NCBI GenBank assembly: GCA_046706745.1
Contig: JBJKPC010000076.1
Span: 194,091-258,090, forward strand
DNA length: 64,000 nt
Source of the DNA: Candidatus Kryptoniota bacterium
GTDB lineage: Bacteria > Bacteroidota > Ignavibacteria > Kryptoniales > JAKASW01
Direction: 5' to 3'
Positions 9,572 through 19,216 of this stretch are shown piece after piece; within the stretch, counting starts at the first letter, position 1; each line of letters starts with the position of its first letter. The notes under the pieces were generated by a model, which worked only from the letters and a program-made list of their open reading frames with translations, did not search any database and was not told where the DNA came from. Both the position numbers and the translations under genes were made by a program.

Positions 9572-11534
9572 GGAACTCCCAGTTGATCCCGATGCAGAAA
9601 CTATTGTCGAGAGCAGGATATACCGGGCTCATCACATAGTTTTCGCCTGTAATGTTGAAGATGGTGAAGTAAACGACCGCCTGCCCGATTCTCCCCCGAA
9701 CGATAAAATCGGTGCTTCCGGACGGCCCGAACTCCGCCGGAGCAAATGGATAGTAGACTAGAGCCGGAGGATAGAACCCATCTCCCCTGAAGACAGTCAG
9801 GAATCTTCCCCGCAACCCGACCTTCAAATTCAGATGCCCCGTGAACAGGATATTCTGGTAATAGAGTTCTCCTGCGCCGTAATACTCGGGGAGTGTCAAG
9901 ACAGCATTTCCATCCGTCGTCTCGTGGGTATAGTTGAAATTGCCGTCCAGTGTAAGATGCCACAGCGTCACTCGCATATCGGCATCCACTCCGTATATGT
10001 TCCGGGTACTGAGGTTAGTCACAGAAATCTTCGGGTAAACCGGCTGGCCGGAATAGTCGGTCCTGTAGTAGATGGGATTATCGATCATCCGGACGTACGG
10101 CTTCACATGTAGTGAAAAGTTGTTTCCGAGATTTACGGAACCTTTGACCTGAAGTATCTTGTCGGTCTCCGCCACGAGCTCAGGATTCCCTTTGAAGTCA
10201 GGGGTATTGAAATACATTTGAGACAGGCTGGGAAGATGGCGCGAAATGCTCCCCGCGGCTTCCACGTAGGCCAGCTCGTTGCCTAAGCCGAAAGATGCTC
10301 CCAATGCGGGGTAAAACTTCGAATTCACCTGATCTCCCCTGCCGAACACTCCTGCGTGGACAAAACCGAACAGAGAGAACTCCTCATCCCCGTATGCAGA
10401 CAGGCGGGTCCTCAACGGGACTCCCGCATAGGTGTTATAATAGTTTTCGTCGCGGACCGCCTCGGCGCCATAATCGAGCCTCGAACCGACGAGGACTGCG
10501 GTCCCGCGAAGGCTTACGCCGAAGCGTCTGCTGAGGTTGGTCATGAAGTACTGGATGCCGCCATCGCCGTAGTCAAGGTTGTAATAATCGAAGAAACCTG
10601 TAACCGTAAAATGGTCGATGGAATCTCGAGGCGCACTCTGCGAGTAAGCTACCTGCAGATGATGCTGAAGATACGTCATGGTCGCATACTGGCTCCGCAG
10701 CAGTCCACTTCCGAGCGTTTGGTCGAATATGGCCGAAGTGATATCGTACGGGAGCATACCCCCCGTCATCCCCCCTTTGGTACGGTAATATACGTCAGTG
10801 GCGGTGATCTGGCTTGTGGAGTCTATGCTGTAACGAATCTTCCCTCGAATGTTCACTCCGTCATAGCGGGAATTGGCGAACCTCCCGTCCGTGGTCTGAT
10901 GCTCGAATCCCAGATCGACATTGGTCCTATACCCGATGTTCTGCGAGTATACTCCGTCGGTTATCAGGTAATTATACGGTTCCTCGAGGTGCCTCACCTT
11001 CGAGTATGGAACGGCCTCATTGTAAAGATGCGTCTGAAAATTCACGAGAGCTCCCGTTGCATTGAATTCGTATATCGGAGCTCTTGGGGCATCTATGTAC
11101 TCAACATCTTTCACGAACTCCAGCGGAACATGATAGAGATTTAGCGTGGAGGTAGTCGGCTCGTTCATTTCGACCCCGTCGAGAAGATATCTTGTGTAGC
11201 CGCTGCCAAGTCCGTCGTAGTAGAGTTCCGAGGGATCTCCCGGCTGATACATGTTCGCAAGAAACGTCCCGGGGATTTTTTGCAGAAGTTCACCGGAATA
11301 CGTGTAGTCACTCCATCTTATAACTGAATCACCGATGGAATATGATGGATCGGCAGTTATCGCACCTGCGGTCGCCACAGGTTTGACGAGGAATTTGCGG
11401 GGAATCCCTGAAGTGTCCGCCTTCGCCGTTCCACGCGTATCTGGCTTTGAATAGGCAAAGGGTGTCGTTAATAGAACCACAGAAACTGTGAGGATAAGAT
11501 GATATCGAATTGAAATCGACATTCGCGCTGTCAT
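9564..11534 (-). CDS. TonB-dependent-receptor-like outer membrane protein (plug plus beta-barrel)
   Basis: Signal peptide MTARMSISIRYHLILTVSVVLLTTPFAYS. Plug-like region LLDGVEMNEP...VKDVEYIDAPRAPIYEFNATGALVNFQT. Long Tyr/Gly-rich alternating barrel region with an aromatic C-terminal end (INWEFLN). Confidence 0.6.
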   Translation of the reverse strand: MTARMSISIRYHLILTVSVVLLTTPFAYSKPDTRGTAKADTSGIPRKFLVKPVATAGAITADPSYSIGDSVIRWSDYTYSGELLQKIPGTFLANMYQPGDPSELYYDGLGSGYTRYLLDGVEMNEPTTSTLNLYHVPLEFVKDVEYIDAPRAPIYEFNATGALVNFQTHLYNEAVPYSKVRHLEEPYNYLITDGVYSQNIGYRTNVDLGFEHQTTDGRFANSRYDGVNIRGKIRYSIDSTSQITATDVYYRTKGGMTGGMLPYDITSAIFDQTLGSGLLRSQYATMTYLQHHLQVAYSQSAPRDSIDHFTVTGFFDYYNLDYGDGGIQYFMTNLSRRFGVSLRGTAVLVGSRLDYGAEAVRDENYYNTYAGVPLRTRLSAYGDEEFSLFGFVHAGVFGRGDQVNSKFYPALGASFGLGNELAYVEAAGSISRHLPSLSQMYFNTPDFKGNPELVAETDKILQVKGSVNLGNNFSLHVKPYVRMIDNPIYYRTDYSGQPVYPKISVTNLSTRNIYGVDADMRVTLWHLTLDGNFNYTHETTDGNAVLTLPEYYGAGELYYQNILFTGHLNLKVGLRGRFLTVFRGDGFYPPALVYYPFAPAEFGPSGSTDFIVRGRIGQAVVYFTIFNITGENYVMSPVYPALDNSFCIGINWEFLN

Positions 11535-11580
11535 TCAGCCCTGCCTGTTGAACCGCCCTTTACCGAGGAAGCATTCTGTT

Positions 11581-12816
11581 TCATCGATAAAGCAAATACT
11601 TTTTCCTCAATTGTTCAAATTTTCTGTCACCTTTTTGCCAGGACGCAAAAATAATCGAAGGGCTTTCCCCTGCTTCAATCATCAGCCTCAGGGCCCGAGT
11701 ACCCGCAAGCCTGTCGAAATACGAGGGGATGAACCTGAACTTCTCAGGGTACAGTTTATGGATCGCCCAGACTATCGTTACGCCCATCTCGACTGGACGA
11801 AACACGTTCCTGCGCGTGACGGTGATTTTTATTCCGTGACAAATCTCGCCGGCGTATTTCGGTTTCAGCGCCCATGGATAGGAACGCGGCGTGAAAGAAG
11901 CTGATTGAAACGACACCCCGCTTAGATGCTGTTCATTCAGGAGTGAGATCAACTTTTCCGAATCGATATACGGCGCACCGACGGTCTCGAAAGGATGTTT
12001 TGTCCCCCGCCCTTCCGATACATTTGTGGCTTCAAGTAGAACGCTGCCCGGATATACTTCAACGGAGTTCATGTCCGGAAGATTTGGCGACGGGGTAACC
12101 CATTTAAGTCCTGTCTGGTCGTACCACATGTCTCTTCTGTAATTTTCCATCCTGATCACGGTAAGATTGGCCTTTATTCCTCCCTTCAGCATCCCCGCGT
12201 CGTTAATCATAGTAGCGAATTCACCGGGTGTCATTCCGTAGACGCTGGGTATGGGCTGGATCCCGATAAATGATCTCATTGAATCCACCAAGACCGGACC
12301 ATCGACAAGATTCGCGCGAAGCATATCAGGCTTGTCGAGAACGATGAATTTCATGTGATGCACTGCGGCGGCTTCAAGGCAGTAGTCCAGGGTACTGATG
12401 TATGTGTAGAATCTCGCACCGACATCCTGTATGTCGTATATGAGCACGCTGATTCCCTTCAGCATCGTTGCTGTAGGCCTCCGCGTCTTTCCGTACAGGG
12501 AGTAAACCGGCACTCCGGTTTTCTTGTCTATTCCGCCGGAAAGTTCTTCTCCGGCCGAAGCCCTCCCTCTTATTCCGTGTTCCGGAGCGAAAATCGCCAC
12601 GAGTTTCACTCCGCGTGTCTTCGCAAGCACATCGACAATGTGCCTTCCGTCCTGGAGTCTTCCGCTCTGGTTGGTGATTACACCTACTGTTTTACCCTTG
12701 ATGAGGCCGAGATATTTTGATATGAAAACTTCGTCTCCAGTCTTGACCCTTTCGTGCGTCGGAGGTGCGAAAGAGCATGCAAACAAAACGAAGAATATAG
12801 CCGGGAGGTACTTCAT
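11581..12816 (-). CDS. namZ: DUF1343 / exo-beta-N-acetylmuramidase NamZ family lipoprotein
   Basis: GVITNQSGRLQDGRHIVDVL...VAIFAPEHGIRG...IYDIQDVGARFYTYIST is typical of DUF1343. The start was set at MKYLPAIFFVLFACSF (lipobox). Its ATG overlaps the nudix stop by 1 nt (TAATG at 12814-12818). Confidence 0.75.
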   Translation of the reverse strand: MKYLPAIFFVLFACSFAPPTHERVKTGDEVFISKYLGLIKGKTVGVITNQSGRLQDGRHIVDVLAKTRGVKLVAIFAPEHGIRGRASAGEELSGGIDKKTGVPVYSLYGKTRRPTATMLKGISVLIYDIQDVGARFYTYISTLDYCLEAAAVHHMKFIVLDKPDMLRANLVDGPVLVDSMRSFIGIQPIPSVYGMTPGEFATMINDAGMLKGGIKANLTVIRMENYRRDMWYDQTGLKWVTPSPNLPDMNSVEVYPGSVLLEATNVSEGRGTKHPFETVGAPYIDSEKLISLLNEQHLSGVSFQSASFTPRSYPWALKPKYAGEICHGIKITVTRRNVFRPVEMGVTIVWAIHKLYPEKFRFIPSYFDRLAGTRALRLMIEAGESPSIIFASWQKGDRKFEQLRKKYLLYR

Positions 12817-13370
12817 TACCCGTCGATATTTTGGGAATCGGATACGATCTTTTTCGAAAGCGCCCACGCAGCCAGCGTCATGCCGTCCCATATTTCGCCC
12901 CTCTCGATCAGTCTCTCAAACTCGACGGTGCTCATCTTCAATATCTCAAATTCTTCGGACGCATCCTTCTCCCGCATTGTCCCCGTCAGGCCGGTGGCAA
13001 GGTACACTCTGCAGACCTCGTCAGTTGCGCCGTTGAACGGATTAAACTCGGCAATCAGCTTGAGGTCTTTCGCCTTCAGACAGGCTTCTTCGGCAAGCTC
13101 CTTCCGGGCAGTTTCCAACGGGTTGCCATCCACCACCCCACCGCAGGCGAACTCTATGCTCTCCTTCTTCCAGAGATACCTGAATTGTTTAACAATTGTC
13201 ATAGTACCGTCATCATGGAGCGGAATAATCAGTGCGGCTCCCGGTGAGTGCACATAGTGGTACTCCCCGGCGCTTCCGTCGGGGAGCGTGTATCTATCGA
13301 GTTTGTATTCCCAGTATGGATTCTTGAAGAGTAGTTTGGAGGCGAGTGTTTCTAATCTCTTGAGGGTCAA
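12816..13370 (-). CDS. NUDIX hydrolase (ADP-ribose pyrophosphatase-like)
   Basis: Nudix box GGVVDGNPLETARKELAEEACL (GX5EX7REUXEEXGU pattern). Confidence 0.8.
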   Translation of the reverse strand: MTLKRLETLASKLLFKNPYWEYKLDRYTLPDGSAGEYHYVHSPGAALIIPLHDDGTMTIVKQFRYLWKKESIEFACGGVVDGNPLETARKELAEEACLKAKDLKLIAEFNPFNGATDEVCRVYLATGLTGTMREKDASEEFEILKMSTVEFERLIERGEIWDGMTLAAWALSKKIVSDSQNIDG

Positions 13371-13373
13371 GTC

Positions 13374-13796
13374 TTAATGAAGGTCAACGAGCTCTCGTTC
13401 CGAGAAGAAGAATCCTATTTCCCGCTCGGCATTTTCGGGAGAATCAGAACCGTGTACGATATTTTCACCTTTATTGTCGGCGAAATCCCGCCTTATGGTC
13501 CCGGCAACAGCTTCCTTCGGATCGGTCGCGCCGATGAGCTTCCTGAACTCTTCGAATGCATTTTCTTTCTCTAGTACTATGGGCACGCAGGGACCTGAGG
13601 TCATGAATTCGACAAGCCCTGCATAGAACGGGCGTTCCTTGTGAACCGCGTAGAACTCCCCGGCCGCTTCTTTCGTCAGCCTTACCATCTTCAGGCCGAC
13701 GATCTTGAAATTGGCCTTCTGAATTCTTGCAATGACTTCACCGACGAGGTTTTTCCTCACACAGTCCGGTTTCAATATCGCGAGTGTTCGGCTCAT
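13374..13796 (-). CDS. ndk: Nucleoside diphosphate kinase
   Basis: [22 protein letters not shown]...TIRRDFA...[16 protein letters not shown] is canonical Ndk, including the active-site His in the HGSD context. Confidence 0.95.
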   Translation of the reverse strand: MSRTLAILKPDCVRKNLVGEVIARIQKANFKIVGLKMVRLTKEAAGEFYAVHKERPFYAGLVEFMTSGPCVPIVLEKENAFEEFRKLIGATDPKEAVAGTIRRDFADNKGENIVHGSDSPENAEREIGFFFSERELVDLH

Positions 13797-13885
13797 ACAA
13801 TAACTGTTCGTCCTTTCAAATGTTTTTTGGAAAGCGTTCAGCGGCCGGATCTAAGCTCGGCCGGCTATGCCTTCTTTTTGGTTTC

Positions 13886-14848
13886 CTATCTTCTTTTTTT
13901 CGATCTTGCCGGACTCTTTTTCACCTTCGATTTTGCAGCGGGTTTTCTGACAGTAACCGTGGTCTTTTTCTTCGACCCGGATCCGAGAGCTTTGGAAACG
14001 GCTTGCCCGATGAGTGCAGGGCTTTCCACCACGATGATGCCGCCCTTCTTCAACGCTTTCATCTTCTCGTCCGCCGTTCCGTGGCCGCCCGAAATGATAG
14101 CGCCCGCGTGACCCATCCTTCTTCCCGGAGGAGCTGTGCGCCCGGCAATAAAGCCGACAACCGGCTTGTTGAAGTTCTTCTTTATGTATGCCGCCGCCTC
14201 TTCTTCCGCCGATCCGCCGATCTCTCCGATCATAACGACAGCTTCGGTCTGGTCGTCATCCTTGAACATCTCGAGTGCGTCGATGAACTTCGTTCCGATA
14301 ATCGGATCACCTCCGATGCCTACGCATGTCGATTGACCGTATCCCTGCGCCGTAACCTGAGCAACAGCCTCATAGGTAAGCGTTCCGCTCCTGGAAATCA
14401 CTCCGACTGTCCCCTTTCGGTGGATGAACCCCGGCATGATGCCGACTTTTGCCTTGCCCGGTGAAATAACGCCTGGGCAGTTCGGACCCACCATATGAAC
14501 GTTTCGCTTCTTCAAATAGTCGTAGACACCGACCATATCGCGAACAGGGATTCCTTCGGTGATACAAACCACCAGCTTCACCCCGGCGTCAGCCGCCTCG
14601 ACAATCGCATCTGGAGCGAAAGCGGCGGGGACAAATATTACCGATGTGTTTGCTCCTTCGTTCTCCACGGCTTCGGCGACCGTATTGAATACCGGGACGT
14701 TCAGGTGTTTCGTCCCGCCTTTTCCGGGTGTCACTCCGGCGACGACCTTTGTACCGTATTCGATCATTTGTTCGGTGTGGAATGAACCCTCGCCCCCGGT
14801 TATTCCCTGTACCACGAGACGAGTCGACTTGTCAACTAAGATGCTCAT
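13886..14848 (-). CDS. sucD: Succinyl-CoA synthetase alpha subunit with a Lys/Arg-rich C-terminal tail
   Basis: [25 protein letters not shown]...[12 protein letters not shown]...MGHAGAII (phosphohistidine loop). About 30 extra C-terminal residues: [32 protein letters not shown]. Confidence 0.9.
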   Translation of the reverse strand: MSILVDKSTRLVVQGITGGEGSFHTEQMIEYGTKVVAGVTPGKGGTKHLNVPVFNTVAEAVENEGANTSVIFVPAAFAPDAIVEAADAGVKLVVCITEGIPVRDMVGVYDYLKKRNVHMVGPNCPGVISPGKAKVGIMPGFIHRKGTVGVISRSGTLTYEAVAQVTAQGYGQSTCVGIGGDPIIGTKFIDALEMFKDDDQTEAVVMIGEIGGSAEEEAAAYIKKNFNKPVVGFIAGRTAPPGRRMGHAGAIISGGHGTADEKMKALKKGGIIVVESPALIGQAVSKALGSGSKKKTTVTVRKPAAKSKVKKSPARSKKRR

Positions 14849-14863
14849 TATTGTAGCTCTCTT

Positions 14864-16285
14864 TCAACTCTTCAAAGATTGTTCGATATGGTTTGCTAAT
14901 GTCAAAATCGTCTCCTCTTCGAACTGCCTTCCCAAAAGCTGGAGGCCGATCGGAAGGGAAGATGAATCCGTCCCCACGGGTACCGAGATACCGGGAATTC
15001 CGGCGAGGTTTGCGGAAACGGTAAATATATCTGAAAGATACATCCTTATGGGATCGGAAGTCTTCTCGCCGATCCCGAAAGCCGTCGTCGGGGCCGTCGG
15101 GGTAATGATCGCGTCGACGTCCCTAAAGGCACTGTCGAAGTCCTGCTTGATAAGCCGCCTTACCCGCTGCGCCTTTCGATAATAGGCGTCATAGTAACCG
15201 GATGACAGCACAAAAGTACCGAGCATGATTCTGCGCTTTACTTCCGGTCCGAATCCCTCGGTGCGCGATTCGACGTACATCTCTTCGAGATCCTCCACCT
15301 GTGGATGCCTGTGGCCGTAGCGCGCTCCGTCATATCTCTCCAGATTAGATGATGCTTCTGCTGTCGCGAGGATGTAGTAAGTCGGTATAGTGTAGTCCAG
15401 ATGCGACAGTGAAATCTCTTTTATCTCGACACCGGCAGAGCGAAGAGAATCTATTTGGTTTTCCACTGCCTGCCGTACCTCATTCGCTACTCCCGAGCTG
15501 AAAGATTCCTTCGCGACTCCGACCCTCAAGGCCTTCACTTCGCGGCCAAGCAGAGACGTATATGATGGCACAGGTCTCTCAGCGGAGGTCGAATCACGTT
15601 CGTCATGCCCCGCCAGCACTTCCAACGTGAGCGCGGCATCGTAAACCGAATTGGCAAGGGGTCCGATAACGTCAAAGGACGAAGCAAATGCGACAAGTCC
15701 GTATCTCGACACGCGTCCGTATGTCGGTTTTAGGCCGACAACGCCGCAGAACGATGCAGGCTGCCTGATTGACCCGCCGGTATCGGTGCCGAGTGCAACC
15801 TGGCACAATCCGGCTGCAACCGCAGAGGCGCTTCCGCCGCTCGATCCGCCGGGGACCCGCGACTCGTCGGCAGGATTGAGGACCGGGCCGAACCCGCTAA
15901 ATTCCGTTGATGACCCCATGGCGAATTCATCCATGTTCGTCTTACCGATAATCACGGCGTCTTCCCGCCTGAGTCTCTCGATTACAGTGGCATCGTAAGT
16001 TGAAGTGAAATTCTCGAGGATCTTCGACGCGCAGGTGAGTCTCTTGTCCTTGATAGAGATTATGTCTTTCACACCGAGAACAAGGCCTGCGAGCTTTCCG
16101 GCTTCGCCCGCCTTTACTTTCTCATCAACCTTCTCAGCCGCCTCAACCGATTCGTCGAAAAGCTGCAGGAAAGCATTGAGTTCAGTTCTGGACTTCGCAG
16201 CCCCGAGATACTCTTCAACGTTTCTTCTACAGGTGGTCTCGCCGCTGAGTAGTTTTTCTCTGAAATTCTGATATTTATCCGCCAA
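14864..16285 (-). CDS. gatA: Glu-tRNA(Gln)/Asp-tRNA(Asn) amidotransferase subunit A
   Basis: Amidase signature GGSSGGSASAVAAGLCQVALGTDTGGSIRQPASFCGVVGLKPTYGRVSRYG. Confidence 0.95.
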   Translation of the reverse strand: MADKYQNFREKLLSGETTCRRNVEEYLGAAKSRTELNAFLQLFDESVEAAEKVDEKVKAGEAGKLAGLVLGVKDIISIKDKRLTCASKILENFTSTYDATVIERLRREDAVIIGKTNMDEFAMGSSTEFSGFGPVLNPADESRVPGGSSGGSASAVAAGLCQVALGTDTGGSIRQPASFCGVVGLKPTYGRVSRYGLVAFASSFDVIGPLANSVYDAALTLEVLAGHDERDSTSAERPVPSYTSLLGREVKALRVGVAKESFSSGVANEVRQAVENQIDSLRSAGVEIKEISLSHLDYTIPTYYILATAEASSNLERYDGARYGHRHPQVEDLEEMYVESRTEGFGPEVKRRIMLGTFVLSSGYYDAYYRKAQRVRRLIKQDFDSAFRDVDAIITPTAPTTAFGIGEKTSDPIRMYLSDIFTVSANLAGIPGISVPVGTDSSSLPIGLQLLGRQFEEETILTLANHIEQSLKS

Positions 16286-16294
16286 AACCCATAG

Positions 16295-16561
16295 TTAGTT
16301 TAGTTCAGAATCTGATTTCGAATCGGCTTTGGTGCTACCCGAAGCTGATGCGCGCCCTGTTTCCGTGGACGATGAGTGAGAGGACGATTCCTCATTCACA
16401 GGTTTCTTGATTTCCGCAGAAACATCGCTCATCGCTTTCTTGAACTCCCTGATCCCTTTGCCGATTGACTGGGCAATATCCGGTATCTTTTTCGGACCAA
16501 AAATAATCAGGACGAAAAAGAGGATCAGTAGGACTTTGCCGATACTTAGATCGTCAAGCAT
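16295..16561 (-). CDS. tatA: Twin-arginine translocase TatA/E family protein (paralog 1)
   Basis: A single TM helix followed by FGPKKIPDIAQSIGKGIREFKKAM, the TatA hinge plus amphipathic helix. Confidence 0.85.
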   Translation of the reverse strand: MLDDLSIGKVLLILFFVLIIFGPKKIPDIAQSIGKGIREFKKAMSDVSAEIKKPVNEESSSHSSSTETGRASASGSTKADSKSDSELN

Positions 16562-16909
16562 ATGATTGAGCTCCGGAGTCGGTCTAGGACTCGCTCCATT
16601 TGAGTTTCGTGCATCTGAAACACAAAATTACGCCGGTGTACCTTCAGAACCTGGCACGCCGAAACGACTTAATTTAAAATCATCCCGCGTATCTTCAAAG
16701 CCACCGCAAAATCCGGAAATCTAAGTCGCCCGAAGGCAATTCGTCCCGCTTCCGCGTATCGCGCGTGCCGTAGTATTAGAATCGCCCACCGAAAATATGT
16801 AGGGACCACAATCTAGCAAAAAGACAACCCCCCGTGTCCTTCCGGAACATTTCCTGCACGAGCTTCATCATGGGGAGGTAAAATCGGGCGAGACCCTGAA
16901 ACTGGGAAG

Positions 16910-17185
16910 TTACTGCGGTTTTGCTTCGGTTTTCGATGGAGTGTCGTGCTCAATCATCTGATCTTTGGAAGGTCCTTTGATCTTCTCCGGTTCTTTCGGC
17001 GCGGGTTTGGGTTCATCACTCACCGACTTCGTAACCTCGTCCTGCACGTCCCTCATAGCTTTCTTGAACTCTCTGATACCCTTTCCGATCGATTGTGCAA
17101 TATCCGGTATCTTTTTGGGGCCGAAGAATATAAGGATCACAATCATGACCAGGAGTATTTCGCCAAATCCAAAATTCTCGAACAT
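16910..17185 (-). CDS. tatA: Twin-arginine translocase TatA/E family protein (paralog 2)
   Basis: MFENFGFGEILLVMIVILIFFGPKKIPDIAQSIGKGIREFKKAM. The core peptide is identical to paralog 1, but the DNA differs at synonymous sites. Confidence 0.85.
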   Translation of the reverse strand: MFENFGFGEILLVMIVILIFFGPKKIPDIAQSIGKGIREFKKAMRDVQDEVTKSVSDEPKPAPKEPEKIKGPSKDQMIEHDTPSKTEAKPQ

Positions 17186-17198
17186 TTCGCTTCGTCTT

Positions 17199-17387
17199 CT
17201 AACTCAGTTGATCTTTCTTCTGTTCTTCTTTTTCCTGATTCTCATCAGGCTCTTTCACCGATTTCTTGAATTCTTTTATCCCTTTGCCTATGCCTTGCGC
17301 CAGCTCAGGGATCTTCTTCCCTCCAAAGAGAAGCAACAATGCCGCAACGATAAGAATTATTTCAGTGGGGCCAATAGAATCAAACAT
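17199..17387 (-). CDS. tatA: Twin-arginine translocase TatA/E family protein (paralog 3)
   Basis: [44 protein letters not shown] followed by an acidic tail. Confidence 0.85.
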   Translation of the reverse strand: MFDSIGPTEIILIVAALLLLFGGKKIPELAQGIGKGIKEFKKSVKEPDENQEKEEQKKDQLS

Positions 17388-17405
17388 CTCAACCTCCGCT
17401 TTCCA

Positions 17406-18101
17406 TCAATTTACGCTCTCGATAACCGATTTCAAAACCATCGCTCCGCTCGCACTTCCCAAGATATGTTCGCTTGCGCGTTCCGGATGAGGCATCATTC
17501 CGAGCACGTTCCGCTTCTCGTTCACAATTCCGGCTATATTGAGGATCGACCCGTTCGGATTAGCCGCCGCCGTAATCTCTCCGTCTGAAGTGGAATACCT
17601 GAAAACAATCTGGTCGTTGTCCCGAAGCCTCTTCAGGGTGTCATCATCTGCATAGTAGTTGCCGTCTCCGTGAGCGATCGGGACCTTCAGGACCTGCCCT
17701 TGAACTAGTGCCGAGGTGAAGGGGGTTGCCGTCGTTTCCGTTCTCAGAAAAACCTGTTTGCAGACAAATTTGAGACCGGCATTTCTCAGCAACGCTCCGG
17801 GAAGAAGGCCGGCTTCGACGAGGACCTGGAATCCGTTGCAAATCCCGATCACGATTCCGCCTCGCCCGGCGAATTTTACAACTTCAGTCATGACTGGTGA
17901 GAATCGCGCAATTGCCCCGGCTCTCAGGTAATCCCCGTAAGAGAAACCACCCGGAAGGACCACAACATCGACATCGTCCAGGCTGGAATTCTTGTGCCAG
18001 AGGAGTTCGACCTTTTGATTCATTACTGTCCCGAATGCATTGTAGGCATCCATATCGCAGTTGGAACCGGGGAATACGACGATGCCTACTTTTCCTGCCA
18101 T
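17406..18101 (-). CDS. purQ: Phosphoribosylformylglycinamidine synthase, glutaminase subunit
   Basis: [23 protein letters not shown]...[14 protein letters not shown]...GICNGFQVL...MMPHPER. The start was set at ATG 18101, preceded by GGAGAAATC. The longer track ORF adds an Arg-rich non-homologous extension. Confidence 0.9.
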   Translation of the reverse strand: MAGKVGIVVFPGSNCDMDAYNAFGTVMNQKVELLWHKNSSLDDVDVVVLPGGFSYGDYLRAGAIARFSPVMTEVVKFAGRGGIVIGICNGFQVLVEAGLLPGALLRNAGLKFVCKQVFLRTETTATPFTSALVQGQVLKVPIAHGDGNYYADDDTLKRLRDNDQIVFRYSTSDGEITAAANPNGSILNIAGIVNEKRNVLGMMPHPERASEHILGSASGAMVLKSVIESVN

Positions 18102-18412
18102 GATTTCTCCTTCGCTTCCGAAGCAAGTCCATCCTGACTGGAAAACCTGGCGACAGACTTGCCGGAGTCGTCGAAGAGCTCTCCTTCGTACTCTTCCGTG
18201 ACGGGATTTGCCAGAAGCTTGACGCATGCCGTGCGTGCAAGCGCGAGTGCGCGATCGAGATCGGATTCATTCACCACGACGTCAATGTTCTTTCCCGTTC
18301 TAACGCCACTGAGTTTGTCGAATCCCAGATTTCTAAGACTGCTCTCTATTGCCTTCCCCTGTGGGTCAAGGATCTTGCTCTTCAGAGTTACTTCTATTCT
18401 CGCCTTAAACAA
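18086..18412 (-). CDS. purS: Phosphoribosylformylglycinamidine synthase subunit PurS (C-terminally extended)
   Basis: [31 protein letters not shown]...V is the PurS fold signature. It sits directly upstream of purQ and overlaps it by 16 nt. Confidence 0.8.
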   Translation of the reverse strand: MFKARIEVTLKSKILDPQGKAIESSLRNLGFDKLSGVRTGKNIDVVVNESDLDRALALARTACVKLLANPVTEEYEGELFDDSGKSVARFSSQDGLASEAKEKSWQEK

Positions 18413-18421
18413 ATTACCTCC

Positions 18422-19216
18422 TCACATATCGAAACTGCTGAGCTCGACATCTTCCTCTTCCTCGCCGCGCTTGCGCGGTGAAAGTATCGATCTGATGTGC
18501 TCGAATAGCCAGCGGATCAGTCCGCCGATAATGTACAGCATGAATAACCAGAACAATGCCTTGCCAAGAGTCACCACGGTTATGATGACGCCGATGATGA
18601 AGGCCGAAAACTTCAGCGGGTGTAAACGGATACCCCTTCTGGTGAGCTTGGGCATGGTGTCGTATCTGATCGTGCTGACCATAAGGAACGACAAAAGGAT
18701 TGCCAGAGCCGGGAGAAACGGCTCCGCACCCGGATTCAACCAGCCGACGCTTCTGTCGTAGTAAAGGAGGACAAAAGCGCTCAGCGTGATCGCACTGGAA
18801 GGGATAGGAAGACCTTTGAAATACGACTTGTCGAACCCCACCAACTGAACGTTGAACCGGGCAAGCCGAAGCCCGCCGAACACCATTACCATCGCACTCG
18901 AGATCGTTCCGATCGGCCCGAGGCTATGGAGTCCGATTTTGTAAATCATGAACGACGGAGCGACTCCGAAAGAGACAAGATCGGAGAGCGAATCGAGCTC
19001 AACGCCAAACTCGCTGGAGCTCTTCGTCAACCTTGCCATGACACCATCCAGGCTGTCGAAAATGGCCGCAAGAACAATCAACCATGCCGCGGACACAAAA
19101 TTCCGGTCGGCGGCAGAGAGAATGGACATGAACCCCGAAAACATGTTCAGTATTGTAAAGAAGTTCGGAATTACCGCCCGGGATATGTGTATGTTATACT
19201 TTCTCTTCCTACTCAT
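18422..19216 (-). CDS. pssA: CDP-diacylglycerol--serine O-phosphatidyltransferase
   Basis: CDP-alcohol phosphatidyltransferase motif FDSLDGVMARLTKSSSEFGVELDSLSDLVSFG. Multi-TM protein adjacent to psd. Confidence 0.85.
   Translation of the reverse strand: MSRKRKYNIHISRAVIPNFFTILNMFSGFMSILSAADRNFVSAAWLIVLAAIFDSLDGVMARLTKSSSEFGVELDSLSDLVSFGVAPSFMIYKIGLHSLGPIGTISSAMVMVFGGLRLARFNVQLVGFDKSYFKGLPIPSSAITLSAFVLLYYDRSVGWLNPGAEPFLPALAILLSFLMVSTIRYDTMPKLTRRGIRLHPLKFSAFIIGVIITVVTLGKALFWLFMLYIIGGLIRWLFEHIRSILSPRKRGEEEEDVELSSFDM

Noticed and set aside
12817-12891. 25-residue N-terminal extension of the NamZ-like ORF
   Set aside because: The extension would overlap the nudix gene end by 75 nt. The internal Met starts a canonical lipoprotein signal and forms a TAATG stop/start junction with the nudix gene.
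16780-16880. 31-codon ATG ORF (MMKLVQEMFRKDTGGCLFARLWSLHIFGGRF) in the tatA spacer, minus strand
   Set aside because: No Shine-Dalgarno sequence (the upstream sequence is pyrimidine-rich), no recognisable features, and below any reasonable coding threshold without comparative support.
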